From the IMG/VR virus record IMGVR_UViG_3300035698_022475, positions 32,001-96,000 of that record: a stretch of DNA of 64,000 bases; one strand, written 5' to 3'. The DNA is from a virus. Under the pieces are notes generated by a model. It had not been told where the DNA came from. It searched no databases and saw nothing but the letters and a program-made list of their open reading frames with translations. Numbering within the stretch: position 1 is the first letter of the stretch; every line of letters begins with the position of its first letter. Below, in pieces: positions 1-9,401 of this stretch. The position numbers and the translations under genes are program-made.

Positions 1-1291
1 CCATAGGGAAGTCCAAACGCCCCACGACACCGTCAATAGCTCCTTGGATATTTGTTGTAGGAATAGAGTAAAGGGGATTCAACGTAATGGTATCGTCAAT
101 ACTGAGTGCCGCGGCGGCGCCGGTACCGAGAGCCGGATCGAAAATACCTATCAGATTGTCCCATGCTTCCTGGAACGTTGTCGCAGCCACACCGAGCCAC
201 GCCTGATAAAGCGTGTCATCAAAGACGCCTCCGCCATAGATGAGGTCTAGTACGTACCCGTGGGCTCCAAAAGGCGTCGAGACCGGACTGAAGGGAAGCG
301 AGCCGGCCACGACTGTACCGTCGATGAACAGGAGGTCATCTCCGATGCGCTTGCAGAGTGGAATCGCAATGGGGATACGGTCCGGATGCGTAGTAAGACT
401 GGTAAGTTGTCCCGCTATGAGAACCGTGTTGAGGTTAGAAATACAGGACTGGCGGCGTCCGTCAGTACTGGCCGATTCTGTGATTTCGTCGTACCAGATA
501 GCGAGGGTCTCGCCGTCGGCGAGAGGTGCTGCTGGAGGACCCGCAAAATAATTGGCCAGAGTGACAGGGTCAATGAGGTGCAGTTCGCGTTCGAACGTGG
601 ACGCCATGGTAGCGTCAACTGGAAGAGGATTGATACCTGGAATCTGGGTTGCAGCATTTCCTCCTGTGGCATACTGAAAACCCGACGCCGGGAGTATTAG
701 CGCCAAAGCCGCGGCTACCTGCCCTACAGTCGAAGTAGCGTCATTCTTGACGTAGATGGTCAAGATGTGGAGGGGGTCACCGGACAGTACTGCTTCAGCT
801 CCAAGGGGAAGTGCCGCCGGGGCCATGGAATCATCCCAAATGACCTCGAGCCTATTAGCACCATTGTACGATCTCGTAACGGGGTCTGGAGATATCGTAA
901 CAGAGCCTGTATTGATACTGTCGTCGAAGTTGTACACAAGGCTAGACTGAACGTCCGTGTTAGGCGTTGAGAGCGGCTGCACCACCATCTCAGCAGTAAT
1001 TGAGAAGGTTCCCGCAACAGGATCCCAGTCAATATACGGGATAGCACTTCCCACTGCCGAACCGTCGGGAGCACCTCCCGCAATCACCCAGCGCATGTCG
1101 GAATCTTGGAGGTATTTCTGGAGTTCTAACTCAGTACGGTCAACCTCGGTGCGGTGGCGGAGATTCTCTGCCGGACGGCGTAGTACTACTTGCCCAACAC
1201 GTTCCCCTGAAGTGATAGGCTCAATAGCCTCGATATCGTCTCGTTCGCCGGTATCGCCCGCATTTTCGTAAACGACTTCCTGCTTAGCCAT
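1..1291 (-). CDS. Virion structural protein (tail fibre/baseplate-associated), runs off the window edge
   Basis: Not in the ORF track. ATG at 1291 follows GGAGAAG RBS; frame MAKQEVVYENAGDTGERDD... stays open to base 1; last gene of the baseplate cluster. Confidence 0.65.
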   Translation of the reverse strand, partial: MAKQEVVYENAGDTGERDDIEAIEPITSGERVGQVVLRRPAENLRHRTEVDRTELELQKYLQDSDMRWVIAGGAPDGSAVGSAIPYIDWDPVAGTFSITAEMVVQPLSTPNTDVQSSLVYNFDDSINTGSVTISPDPVTRSYNGANRLEVIWDDSMAPAALPLGAEAVLSGDPLHILTIYVKNDATSTVGQVAAALALILPASGFQYATGGNAATQIPGINPLPVDATMASTFERELHLIDPVTLANYFAGPPAAPLADGETLAIWYDEITESASTDGRRQSCISNLNTVLIAGQLTSLTTHPDRIPIAIPLCKRIGDDLLFIDGTVVAGSLPFSPVSTPFGAHGYVLDLIYGGGVFDDTLYQAWLGVAATTFQEAWDNLIGIFDPALGTGAAAALSIDDTITLNPLYSIPTTNIQGAIDGVVGRLDFPM

Positions 1292-1300
1292 TATCTTCTC

Positions 1301-1834
1301 CTACACTTGAACTGTAACGCCAAGCCGCCAGTCGTATGTGACAGCGGTGGTCGGTGTCTTCAAAAACGGAGGATGAACCTGCCGGGCATATAGCCTGGAA
1401 TCTGGGTCCGTAATAAGCCCCGTCTGTCCTTGAGTATAAAGTCCCGCCTCCGCAAGAGTGAACCCGTCCGCGGTGCCTGCAGGGATGAGTTTACTGATGA
1501 TCACCTCGAACAGCACGGGGTCTGTATAGATTTCGGCTGCCGCGGGGTCAATGTAGCTTCGGTAGACCTCTGCTAAGAGTGCGGTATCCGTGATTTGGGG
1601 AGGTGTACCATTAGTGCCGATGGCCAACTGTCCAATGGTATTGTAGTCCGGATTCGCCTGTCCTGGCGTACCCCCGGCCCATTGGTTGAGAAGCTCACAG
1701 ACAATCACACGCCCGATATTAGTAATCTGATTCTTTTTTTGCATACGCCGTATACGGCGCTGCTTCTTTACGTCGTAAAGCGTGACTGTCAACTCTCCGA
1801 AGAGTTGAAGGCGATCTTCTCTCACATTCTGCAT
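1301..1834 (-). CDS. Tail fibre attachment/baseplate protein (tail-collar N-terminal-like)
   Basis: NQITNIG...LAIGTNGTPPQITDTALLAEVYR...LAEAGLY...LYARQV pattern typical of myovirus fibre-anchoring domains; GAGGA RBS before ATG 1834. Confidence 0.65.
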   Translation of the reverse strand: MQNVREDRLQLFGELTVTLYDVKKQRRIRRMQKKNQITNIGRVIVCELLNQWAGGTPGQANPDYNTIGQLAIGTNGTPPQITDTALLAEVYRSYIDPAAAEIYTDPVLFEVIISKLIPAGTADGFTLAEAGLYTQGQTGLITDPDSRLYARQVHPPFLKTPTTAVTYDWRLGVTVQV

Positions 1835-1868
1835 GCAATCCTCACTTGTCACTTAACGTAACATACCC

Positions 1869-4808
1869 TTAGGGGTAAGTATACGGTACGCCCATGGGGT
1901 AGTTGATATCAATTTTCAGACTCAGTGCTCTGTCTACGTGCTCCGTGATGGTAGCAATACTTGGAGGAATATCCATGTCTTTGCGCACATAGCCGGGGTC
2001 AAGCCCGTCGACCATAATCGGAGTGAATCCAATTGTCGTATCGGGTACCGGGTAGTCCGCGATATTCGCTATTTCCATAACCAGCGCCGCATAATCGGTA
2101 CCTGCGGGCTGCGCATCCCACAACGTCAACGGAGTAATCGTCCAAGGAGAAGGTACCGCTGCCCTGGGGTTGTACACGAACTCGTAGTCGACCCCCTCCC
2201 GCACCGGCAGCCCTCCGATTGTGGCGTCCAGAGTTATCTTCACAATCCGCTGCTCAGGGGGTATCGGTCCCGGGGGAAGCGCCAAAGTCACAGGAGCCGA
2301 AACGGCCAATCCGTCCGGGACAATACCTGTGGCAACACCAGTGAAGTCCACCCACCGGTAGTAGTCGTCCACGCTCATGTACGTAGGAGAACTTCCAACT
2401 ACCAACTCGTTGCTGGACAGTTCGATGGTCTCCGCAGACCCGAACATCAGCGTAAGCATGATGCTCAAGATATCCGAAGGTACAATTCCGTCTTCGAAGG
2501 CATCATTGGGCTCCACGTAGGGGTACGTATACGATGGCTTTGCCACAAGCACGATGTCTTCCAGGTCTTCTTTAAACTGCGCATCCAGTTCAAGATCCAC
2601 GCTGAACTCTATGTAGAACATGTGGGCCTTCATGTAGCGGTCGAAGAGAATGAATCCCACCGAATGCCTGAAGGGAGAAGTAGCTAAATCCGTAGCGATA
2701 ACCCCATCATCATCCCCGTCCACGTAGAGGCCCGGATCATCAACCTGAGCCTGATCAGCAGGGTCAATGATGTTAGGAACCAGCCGATCAGAAGCGCGAC
2801 GACGCGCCAACGACGAGTCCCACAGGATCTGGGGAATAACCTTATTGTGCCACCAATTGGGGTCTTCAATGTAGTCCGCCACAATGAACGCGTCAGTAAG
2901 GACTTCAAAAGCACTGAACGTGAGAACTCCCACGTTATCAGGATCTGACAAATCATCCCGCATGGGTACGTTGTAGGGATACTTGTAGATGCGCTTGTCG
3001 GTAGTAACTACGCGCTCATAGTTGCGACTCAACACCCAGTCGAGACCGCCCTCAATGACGAGCCCATAAGACGTCTCTAGCTCCACAGTATTGGCATCAA
3101 CAACATTGAGAATCGTGAAGGCGCCCTTGTTTACGTCGTTGAGTGGGTTGAGGATGATGAGCTGACCCCCAACATCAAGTTCGGTAAAGGTGTGCGAGGG
3201 GGTACTGAATTGGTCCGCGGGCAGAATGGTCCCATCTCCGACTCCGGAATCGTCCACTCCGTCAAAGTAGCTTTGAAGAATCTCCGCATCATCCCGCACG
3301 AGAGGGTAACCTGCAGCTACGTTGAGGGCCGCTTCAATCCGTTGAAGAATAGGACCGCTCATATACAAGTACATGATGCCCCGGATGAATGCTCGATAGG
3401 TCTCAGACGACGCCTCGAAACGGTTCAGAAGAGAACCGAAGTTGTAGTAGAGCGTAAAGCGGTCCACCTGTACCTCGGGCACCCACAAGGAGAGCTGCTT
3501 TACCTTTCCCTCATCCTCTTCAGTAACTTCTCCGCTCGCCGAGAGCAAAACCTCTTGCCGATACTGGAAGTCACACCGGTTCACGGAAAGAAGGAAATCC
3601 CACTGAGTAGCCCCCAGCGCTGTAATAGTTATGGTACCGCGGAGATAATCGACAACGTAATCCTCTCCTTCTACAACGGCCACAGCTCCGTAGAGAGGAA
3701 GACGACGTCCAAATACTTTCACGCTACCCGGTATGATGTTTCTATACCCCAGGTCCGTGACGAAGGGCGCAACAATAGTCAGGGGGTGTCCGATGATATC
3801 CGGGTCAGCAACATCACGCACGATAGAGTAGACGAGGGGCATCTCGAGGTCTGTGGGGTAGGCGTCTTCGAGGTTACCTATCATCTTTTCATGGTCGAGA
3901 TAGTCGACCTCGTGATCCCGAGTAAATGAAGTGAAATAGATAGCCTTATGGCTTTCCCACGAAAATACTGAAGCACTCGTGGCCGTGGGGTGTGCATATG
4001 TCAATTCCAACTTAACGCGGCGGGAATTAATGATCTCTTTGATAATGTAACGTCCTCGATAGTCCTCAAGCCCCGGGGGAACCACGCCTACTGAGACCGT
4101 ATCGCCGACATCTGGACCCGGGGATCCAAACACCGCCGGCTCCAACAGATTCGCCTGAAAGAACAGCTCGGAACCTACATACTCAAACCGGGCGAGGGTG
4201 CCTGCCGCTAAACTTGTTCCTCGGTAGGCTAAAAGACGTAGGGTGTCCCCGGGGCGCACTGATGTGTTCCCGTACCAGTCATGGGGAACCCTGGCGTCCT
4301 TTAAATAATTGCCAATCTGAATATCCACGTAGCGCCATGCCACGCCAGGTGTGGGCATTGGCTCTCCATCGGAATCTACATACGTCCGGAAGATGTTCTC
4401 TAAAAACCTCGCGTACCCGTCATCATCCTCGACGTCGAAATTCACCCCACGCTCGTACACCGTGGAGGGATCGAAAATGGAGTTCTGGAGAAAATCACCA
4501 CTCACAGTATCTCCCGGCATGTCATAAACGAAACGGTCCTCGGCCACCGAAGCTCCTTGGGAGAATTGCAGCTCATTCTCTTTGATTGCAAAGAGCTTCC
4601 AGTATTCCTTATTGAATATAGGAACATCCACCACGCTGGTACCGAGCACCAACGAAAGAAAATCCAAATACACTTGCCCCAGGTAAACCTCGGATGCCTG
4701 GTAGTAAGCTTGCAAATCCTCGGTGTCACGGAAGAACTGCTGCCAAAAACCATTTAACGCATTGAAGAGCGTTGAGTTGTAGTCTCCCAGTTCTAGTGGG
4801 TGCGGCAT
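1869..4808 (-). CDS. Baseplate wedge protein (979 aa)
   Basis: Long acidic ORF directly after the J-like gene; AKPSYTY motif near C-terminal third resembles wedge subunits. Confidence 0.6.
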   Translation of the reverse strand: MPHPLELGDYNSTLFNALNGFWQQFFRDTEDLQAYYQASEVYLGQVYLDFLSLVLGTSVVDVPIFNKEYWKLFAIKENELQFSQGASVAEDRFVYDMPGDTVSGDFLQNSIFDPSTVYERGVNFDVEDDDGYARFLENIFRTYVDSDGEPMPTPGVAWRYVDIQIGNYLKDARVPHDWYGNTSVRPGDTLRLLAYRGTSLAAGTLARFEYVGSELFFQANLLEPAVFGSPGPDVGDTVSVGVVPPGLEDYRGRYIIKEIINSRRVKLELTYAHPTATSASVFSWESHKAIYFTSFTRDHEVDYLDHEKMIGNLEDAYPTDLEMPLVYSIVRDVADPDIIGHPLTIVAPFVTDLGYRNIIPGSVKVFGRRLPLYGAVAVVEGEDYVVDYLRGTITITALGATQWDFLLSVNRCDFQYRQEVLLSASGEVTEEDEGKVKQLSLWVPEVQVDRFTLYYNFGSLLNRFEASSETYRAFIRGIMYLYMSGPILQRIEAALNVAAGYPLVRDDAEILQSYFDGVDDSGVGDGTILPADQFSTPSHTFTELDVGGQLIILNPLNDVNKGAFTILNVVDANTVELETSYGLVIEGGLDWVLSRNYERVVTTDKRIYKYPYNVPMRDDLSDPDNVGVLTFSAFEVLTDAFIVADYIEDPNWWHNKVIPQILWDSSLARRRASDRLVPNIIDPADQAQVDDPGLYVDGDDDGVIATDLATSPFRHSVGFILFDRYMKAHMFYIEFSVDLELDAQFKEDLEDIVLVAKPSYTYPYVEPNDAFEDGIVPSDILSIMLTLMFGSAETIELSSNELVVGSSPTYMSVDDYYRWVDFTGVATGIVPDGLAVSAPVTLALPPGPIPPEQRIVKITLDATIGGLPVREGVDYEFVYNPRAAVPSPWTITPLTLWDAQPAGTDYAALVMEIANIADYPVPDTTIGFTPIMVDGLDPGYVRKDMDIPPSIATITEHVDRALSLKIDINYPMGVPYTYP

Positions 4809-4811
4809 TGA

Positions 4812-6965
4812 TTACCCCTGCAGTACACTATTCATCAAGTCACTGCGTGTCCGGTACTTGACAGTCTTGTCTGTAATCCCCATCAGATTGTACCACTCAA
4901 GAAGATCACTCTCTGTGGATATCTCCGTGATTCCTTGTGCAATCATAGAAGGAGGTACCACAATATCGGGCCCGTTCAATAGCTCCACTCCATTACCTGT
5001 AGTCATGAAAATAGACACAATATCCGTAGTCTTGAACGCTGCCACCTGTCCGTCCGGAGTGTGTAGATTGTAATAAACATCGAACGTAAACACCGTACCA
5101 ACTTCAGGAGCATAGCCTCGGAATGCCGTCGCCAAATCTGATTGATCCAAATCATCATTGGGGTCAAACGAATTGACATACGCCGCCATTTGAGTAGCTA
5201 CACCCACTTCTGTGAGGCTCGTATCTGCCGTTCGTTTTAGTCGATAGGGTATCAGGGTCTCTATCCAAATGGGGTGACGCATCCGCAACAGGTGATTAGC
5301 TGCAACAACCCGATTATCATAAGAGCGTGTGTAGTCCGACGGATTGAGGAACCCGTCACCTGTGAGGTACGTCACGCGTAAAGTACGGTCATCGAAATGG
5401 GATTCATCTCCTTCAAATCCTACCGAAATACGTGACACAGTAAGCGCTGACTGGCTTTCTCGTGGATTCAACACCTCGTACCGATACGACAATACTGATA
5501 AGTCCACAGGGACAGGAGGTGCCGGGTCTGCCGGAGTATCGTTAACCCGCTGGGGAAACACTATGGTTCCGGTAGCTCCGTCCACGTAGTCCGCATCTGC
5601 TCCCGTAGGGTCAATCAGTTCCACGCGCAGGATGTCCTGTACCGGACGCCCCTGGAGCAAGATAGACCCCGGAGACTGGATATGGCGCGATGTTCCTGCC
5701 GGAATATGCTCGTATCCTGGAGTCACACTACGTTCCGCTATCCGAGAGTACACAGGAGGACCTGGAAGGGGGTCCAGATCCGCTTGGTCAAAGTCCGGGG
5801 AGAACCATCCTAAAGAATACGCTACTAAAACGTCCAGCTCATCGGAGGCCTCCGTGAAAGGCATAGCCTCACTTACGTACAGCTCGTGGTCTTCAATCCG
5901 TACAATCTGGTACGCTCGAGGAGACTCGAGAATCCCGCTCCGGATGTTGACAATGTGACCCACTTCGAGTCCCAGCGCGGGGGCGGTAAAGGGGTACGCC
6001 TCGTCGATGGTCATCTTGGGATCCCGGAACACATTGACGATATTGTCTGCCCTCGGGAAATAACCTCCGATGAGCCCAAACTCCTCTACCGTCACATCCG
6101 ACAACTCAACGAAGGTGTCGTACTTTCCTCCGATGTGAAGACGGATATGCGATCCCAGCTCAGTCTGCAGATCCCGCACCATCTCCGGCTCGCCCATTCC
6201 GACAGTGAGTGTCGATTGAATATCGGAGAAAGACTCCTTCAGAGTAGTGTCAATGGAGCGATTATTAATGAGATTTCGTACCGCAATTGCCGTTTGGGAT
6301 CGTGCCAGAAGAGCCGCGGAGTCCTCCGTATTATTTGCTGCTGAAGAAGCTACTTGGTGGTCCGCATACGTGAAATACGGAATATTCCCCACCGACGAAA
6401 CCACTCGCGCAAATCTGCCTGGAGAAAACACGTAGGATTCTCCCGAAGCTGCCGCAATCAGAGGAACATCAGCTACATAGTCAACCAAGTTACCTGTGGT
6501 ATCGAAGTTCGGAAACAGGCTCGTAATAGAAATAACATAAGGACTCGTGGTTACATCCAAATAGAAGGCGTGCGATACATCACGCCAAAAAGCTACCGTA
6601 GTATCCAGCGAAATGTTCTCTTTCTTGGAGAAATGCATCTGAGCTGTCATGCGGGACCGACTGCCATCGCGTCGGTTGATAAACCAGTTCGAGAGAACCT
6701 CGTCCAAAGACTGGTCCATGTCCGGGGTACCTGAATCAATCTGCTCCGAAATGGACTGTACAGACTGACGTACTCGAATCCCGTTAGCTTCTCCTCGCAG
6801 GTAGGCGTAGATCAATACGAACGCACTCACCGCAAAATCCCTGACGGCACTTCCCCGCTGGAAAGAAGCTTCAGGTATATTCTCACTCAGATACTCCACC
6901 AGAAAATCTTCCGCGTCGTAGAAGTCCTGTGACGTAACTATTATCTGACTCGGGTCAACAGGCAT
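4812..6965 (-). CDS. Baseplate J-like/gp6-like wedge protein
   Basis: N-terminal GSAVRDF, A..GE.Y and EDSAALLAR motifs typical of baseplate J; follows gp25-like gene. Confidence 0.75.
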   Translation of the reverse strand: MPVDPSQIIVTSQDFYDAEDFLVEYLSENIPEASFQRGSAVRDFAVSAFVLIYAYLRGEANGIRVRQSVQSISEQIDSGTPDMDQSLDEVLSNWFINRRDGSRSRMTAQMHFSKKENISLDTTVAFWRDVSHAFYLDVTTSPYVISITSLFPNFDTTGNLVDYVADVPLIAAASGESYVFSPGRFARVVSSVGNIPYFTYADHQVASSAANNTEDSAALLARSQTAIAVRNLINNRSIDTTLKESFSDIQSTLTVGMGEPEMVRDLQTELGSHIRLHIGGKYDTFVELSDVTVEEFGLIGGYFPRADNIVNVFRDPKMTIDEAYPFTAPALGLEVGHIVNIRSGILESPRAYQIVRIEDHELYVSEAMPFTEASDELDVLVAYSLGWFSPDFDQADLDPLPGPPVYSRIAERSVTPGYEHIPAGTSRHIQSPGSILLQGRPVQDILRVELIDPTGADADYVDGATGTIVFPQRVNDTPADPAPPVPVDLSVLSYRYEVLNPRESQSALTVSRISVGFEGDESHFDDRTLRVTYLTGDGFLNPSDYTRSYDNRVVAANHLLRMRHPIWIETLIPYRLKRTADTSLTEVGVATQMAAYVNSFDPNDDLDQSDLATAFRGYAPEVGTVFTFDVYYNLHTPDGQVAAFKTTDIVSIFMTTGNGVELLNGPDIVVPPSMIAQGITEISTESDLLEWYNLMGITDKTVKYRTRSDLMNSVLQG

Positions 6966-6968
6966 TGA

Positions 6969-7409
6969 TTACCTCGTAGCGTAGTCCATGAGAAACACCT
7001 CAAGCTGTTTCCCAGCAACGTTCGTGATGGTCACCCACAGAGAAATTCCTCCTCCGGAATAGGGTTCCATGCGCGTTATCACCGCTGAATCCAGGGATTC
7101 TTCAGCCGAAAAACCTCCGGCGGAATCTTGTACTTTTATTTGTTCGTTTGTTTCCTCAACTGCTCGGATTGCCAAGTCTCTGGCGTCTTCCTGAGAACCT
7201 ACATTGCCTCCTATAAGGAGTCCCAACGTAGTACCGTCCCCGGGGTGTAGAAGTTCGGAACCTTTAGGAGTAAAGAAAATCTTCATCCACCGATTAATCA
7301 GGAATTGATACCCCGTAACAACCAGTGCTGCCTTGAACCCAAACGTAAACACTTGGTAGCCGTGAGTTGTATTGTCGGGAATAGGTTGAAAATGTATATC
7401 CCACGCCAT
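6969..7409 (-). CDS. gp25/GPW-like baseplate protein (sheath initiator)
   Basis: FFTPKGSELLHPGDGTTL matches the T.kGs...P.yG gp25 motif; size and position upstream of J. Confidence 0.75.
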   Translation of the reverse strand: MAWDIHFQPIPDNTTHGYQVFTFGFKAALVVTGYQFLINRWMKIFFTPKGSELLHPGDGTTLGLLIGGNVGSQEDARDLAIRAVEETNEQIKVQDSAGGFSAEESLDSAVITRMEPYSGGGISLWVTITNVAGKQLEVFLMDYATR

Positions 7410-8701
7410 CAGGAATCCTCCCAAGAGCCGTCGCAGGTTGGGTCACTCTCTTGCTCTTCAACCGTGGCGTCATAGCGCGCACGCAACGCCACTGGAACAT
7501 CCGCGGAATCCATCTTACTAGTATCTGCAGCGGCCTGATTTCCAATATACCGCGACTCCGCCATGCGCTCACGTGCTGATTGTTCTGCCATTTGCGTTTT
7601 ATCAAGAGAAGAGAGAATAGTAGAAACGCGGCGAAGTGCTTCGCTGGCATTCCCTAAACTATCTCCTCCCAGTTCTCGGGCTAATTGATTTTGGGGAAAA
7701 GCCTTCACATCAGTAGGGGGCACATCAGACAACCACGGCATTGCCAGAGGTTGTGGGTTTTTCCAGACATCGTCCTCTGCGATATCTGTATGCACATCTA
7801 CGTACAATTCAAACAGCTCTTGCCACTCCTCTTCCGTAGTAAGCATCGGCCACGCATCTGTCACGTACCCGGGCGTATCGTCGTCGGCTACCTCTTTGAT
7901 AGCTAAACCCTGTCGATCAGCAAATCCCAGGGACACTGCACGGTTTTCGATTGCTGTGAAGTTTCCTCCCCCTCCCCCACCTACGAGATCGGGAAAGCCT
8001 ATTTCGAGCTTCTTCAGCAGAACCCCTAATGTTGTGTACTGCGCCTCCGTAAAGCCGTCCGAAACCACATTCCTGTCATCTCCAGAGATAATAGCCCGGG
8101 GAGTGGGTCGGGACGCATACCAATCAGAAGTAGTAACCGCAATCGATTCCTCGAGGGCTACAAAGATAGCTGTAGAAGTGCACGGAGGAGACCCTACCAT
8201 CGCCATGTCAGTGTCGCCCATGACAATTAGGTTTCCCAGCCGGTCTATGTAAAAGTGGGCTCCTGAGAGCTTCTTTCCCGCATCTGTCAAGACGGAGCGG
8301 ATCCCAGACCAGACGCGGTTAGGGCTATGGTACGCTTGATCGGGGTCTGCATCTGAGATACGAACATCGTTACTTATTACGCGGTCACCTTTGTTCAACA
8401 ACTGCGCGTCATAGTAAGCCCCAAATGCGCTGATGACCACGTGCGCTACTTCGCGGTATTCGCCGTACGGTCGAGGCTCATAGGACATGGGGTTAGGGTA
8501 CGCGTACGTTACTACTGCGTTATCGGGGAACTTGCTGTTGCCTAGCACGCGGCGGAGTTGGATATTGTACTTGCCGCCGTACGCGGTAGTCGCATTAATA
8601 CGGCGCTGCGCAATCCCCAAATCCGCGAGAAACTCCGCCTCCAGCACCCGTTGCTGCCGGGAAAGCATTTTTTGCCACGAAGTTTCACCCGTCCTCGCCA
8701 T
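7409..8701 (-). CDS. Amidase_2 (AmpD-like) fold protein, probably catalytically degenerate
   Basis: SGAHFYIDRLGNL and FTEAQYTTLGVLLKKL motifs present; canonical Zn-ligand motifs not evident. Confidence 0.55.
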   Translation of the reverse strand: MARTGETSWQKMLSRQQRVLEAEFLADLGIAQRRINATTAYGGKYNIQLRRVLGNSKFPDNAVVTYAYPNPMSYEPRPYGEYREVAHVVISAFGAYYDAQLLNKGDRVISNDVRISDADPDQAYHSPNRVWSGIRSVLTDAGKKLSGAHFYIDRLGNLIVMGDTDMAMVGSPPCTSTAIFVALEESIAVTTSDWYASRPTPRAIISGDDRNVVSDGFTEAQYTTLGVLLKKLEIGFPDLVGGGGGGNFTAIENRAVSLGFADRQGLAIKEVADDDTPGYVTDAWPMLTTEEEWQELFELYVDVHTDIAEDDVWKNPQPLAMPWLSDVPPTDVKAFPQNQLARELGGDSLGNASEALRRVSTILSSLDKTQMAEQSARERMAESRYIGNQAAADTSKMDSADVPVALRARYDATVEEQESDPTCDGSWEDS

Positions 8702-8702
8702 T

Positions 8703-9401
8703 CTAAATCCGTCCGTGCTGTATGTTCTTCAACTGATCAACAAATTTACGTTTACGATAACTTAACTGTCCTTGTGACAGCTTATATTTACGACGTAAAC
8801 GGGCGTTAGATAATGCAATACCCCTGCCATAACCCGTAATGTCCTCGAAGAGGAGTTTATCACCCGGAGAGAGCCCATGATAGTAAAAGTCCACAACACT
8901 ATCAGGCTTATCATCGTCCGACATTAACGCACCCTCAGACTCGACTAACTCCCTACGCCCAAAAGCATTCTGGAAATCCCCTACCTTCTTGGGAGTCCAA
9001 TGCAACTCATCTGCTATTTCTTCGTGGGTCGGATCGCGCCCAAGGTCGTCCACGAGCTTGTTCTGGGCTACTTGGAACGTATTGTACAGAAGCTGCTGGT
9101 TCTCAGGGAGTCGGGCTACATTTTGATACGGATACACCGAACGAGACAGCTTCCGAACCCGGCTAGCTACGTGCGTACCGACCGCCGCCCCGCGGTTAGG
9201 GTCGTAGTTTTCTAGCGCATCTACTGCCAAGAGGTTGGCCTTAGATTCAAGAGCAGCTCGGGGAACTGTAGAATCCCACTTGGAAATCTCCCGATTAAGA
9301 AGAGGCTTGAGTCCGTCAAGAAGTTGCCGAAGGACCGCCGGACTGCGCGTTTTTCGCCACTCCTCCCAAAGGTCAAGATCCTGTTGCTGCCGTGGTGTCA
9401 T
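8703..9401 (-). CDS. Sigma-70 family RNA polymerase sigma factor (FliA/WhiG-like)
   Basis: Region 2 (DALENYDPNRGAAVGTHV..RVR), ARLP, region 3 (LGRDPTHEEIADEL), C-terminal HTH-like segment. Confidence 0.85.
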   Translation of the reverse strand: MTPRQQQDLDLWEEWRKTRSPAVLRQLLDGLKPLLNREISKWDSTVPRAALESKANLLAVDALENYDPNRGAAVGTHVASRVRKLSRSVYPYQNVARLPENQQLLYNTFQVAQNKLVDDLGRDPTHEEIADELHWTPKKVGDFQNAFGRRELVESEGALMSDDDKPDSVVDFYYHGLSPGDKLLFEDITGYGRGIALSNARLRRKYKLSQGQLSYRKRKFVDQLKNIQHGRI

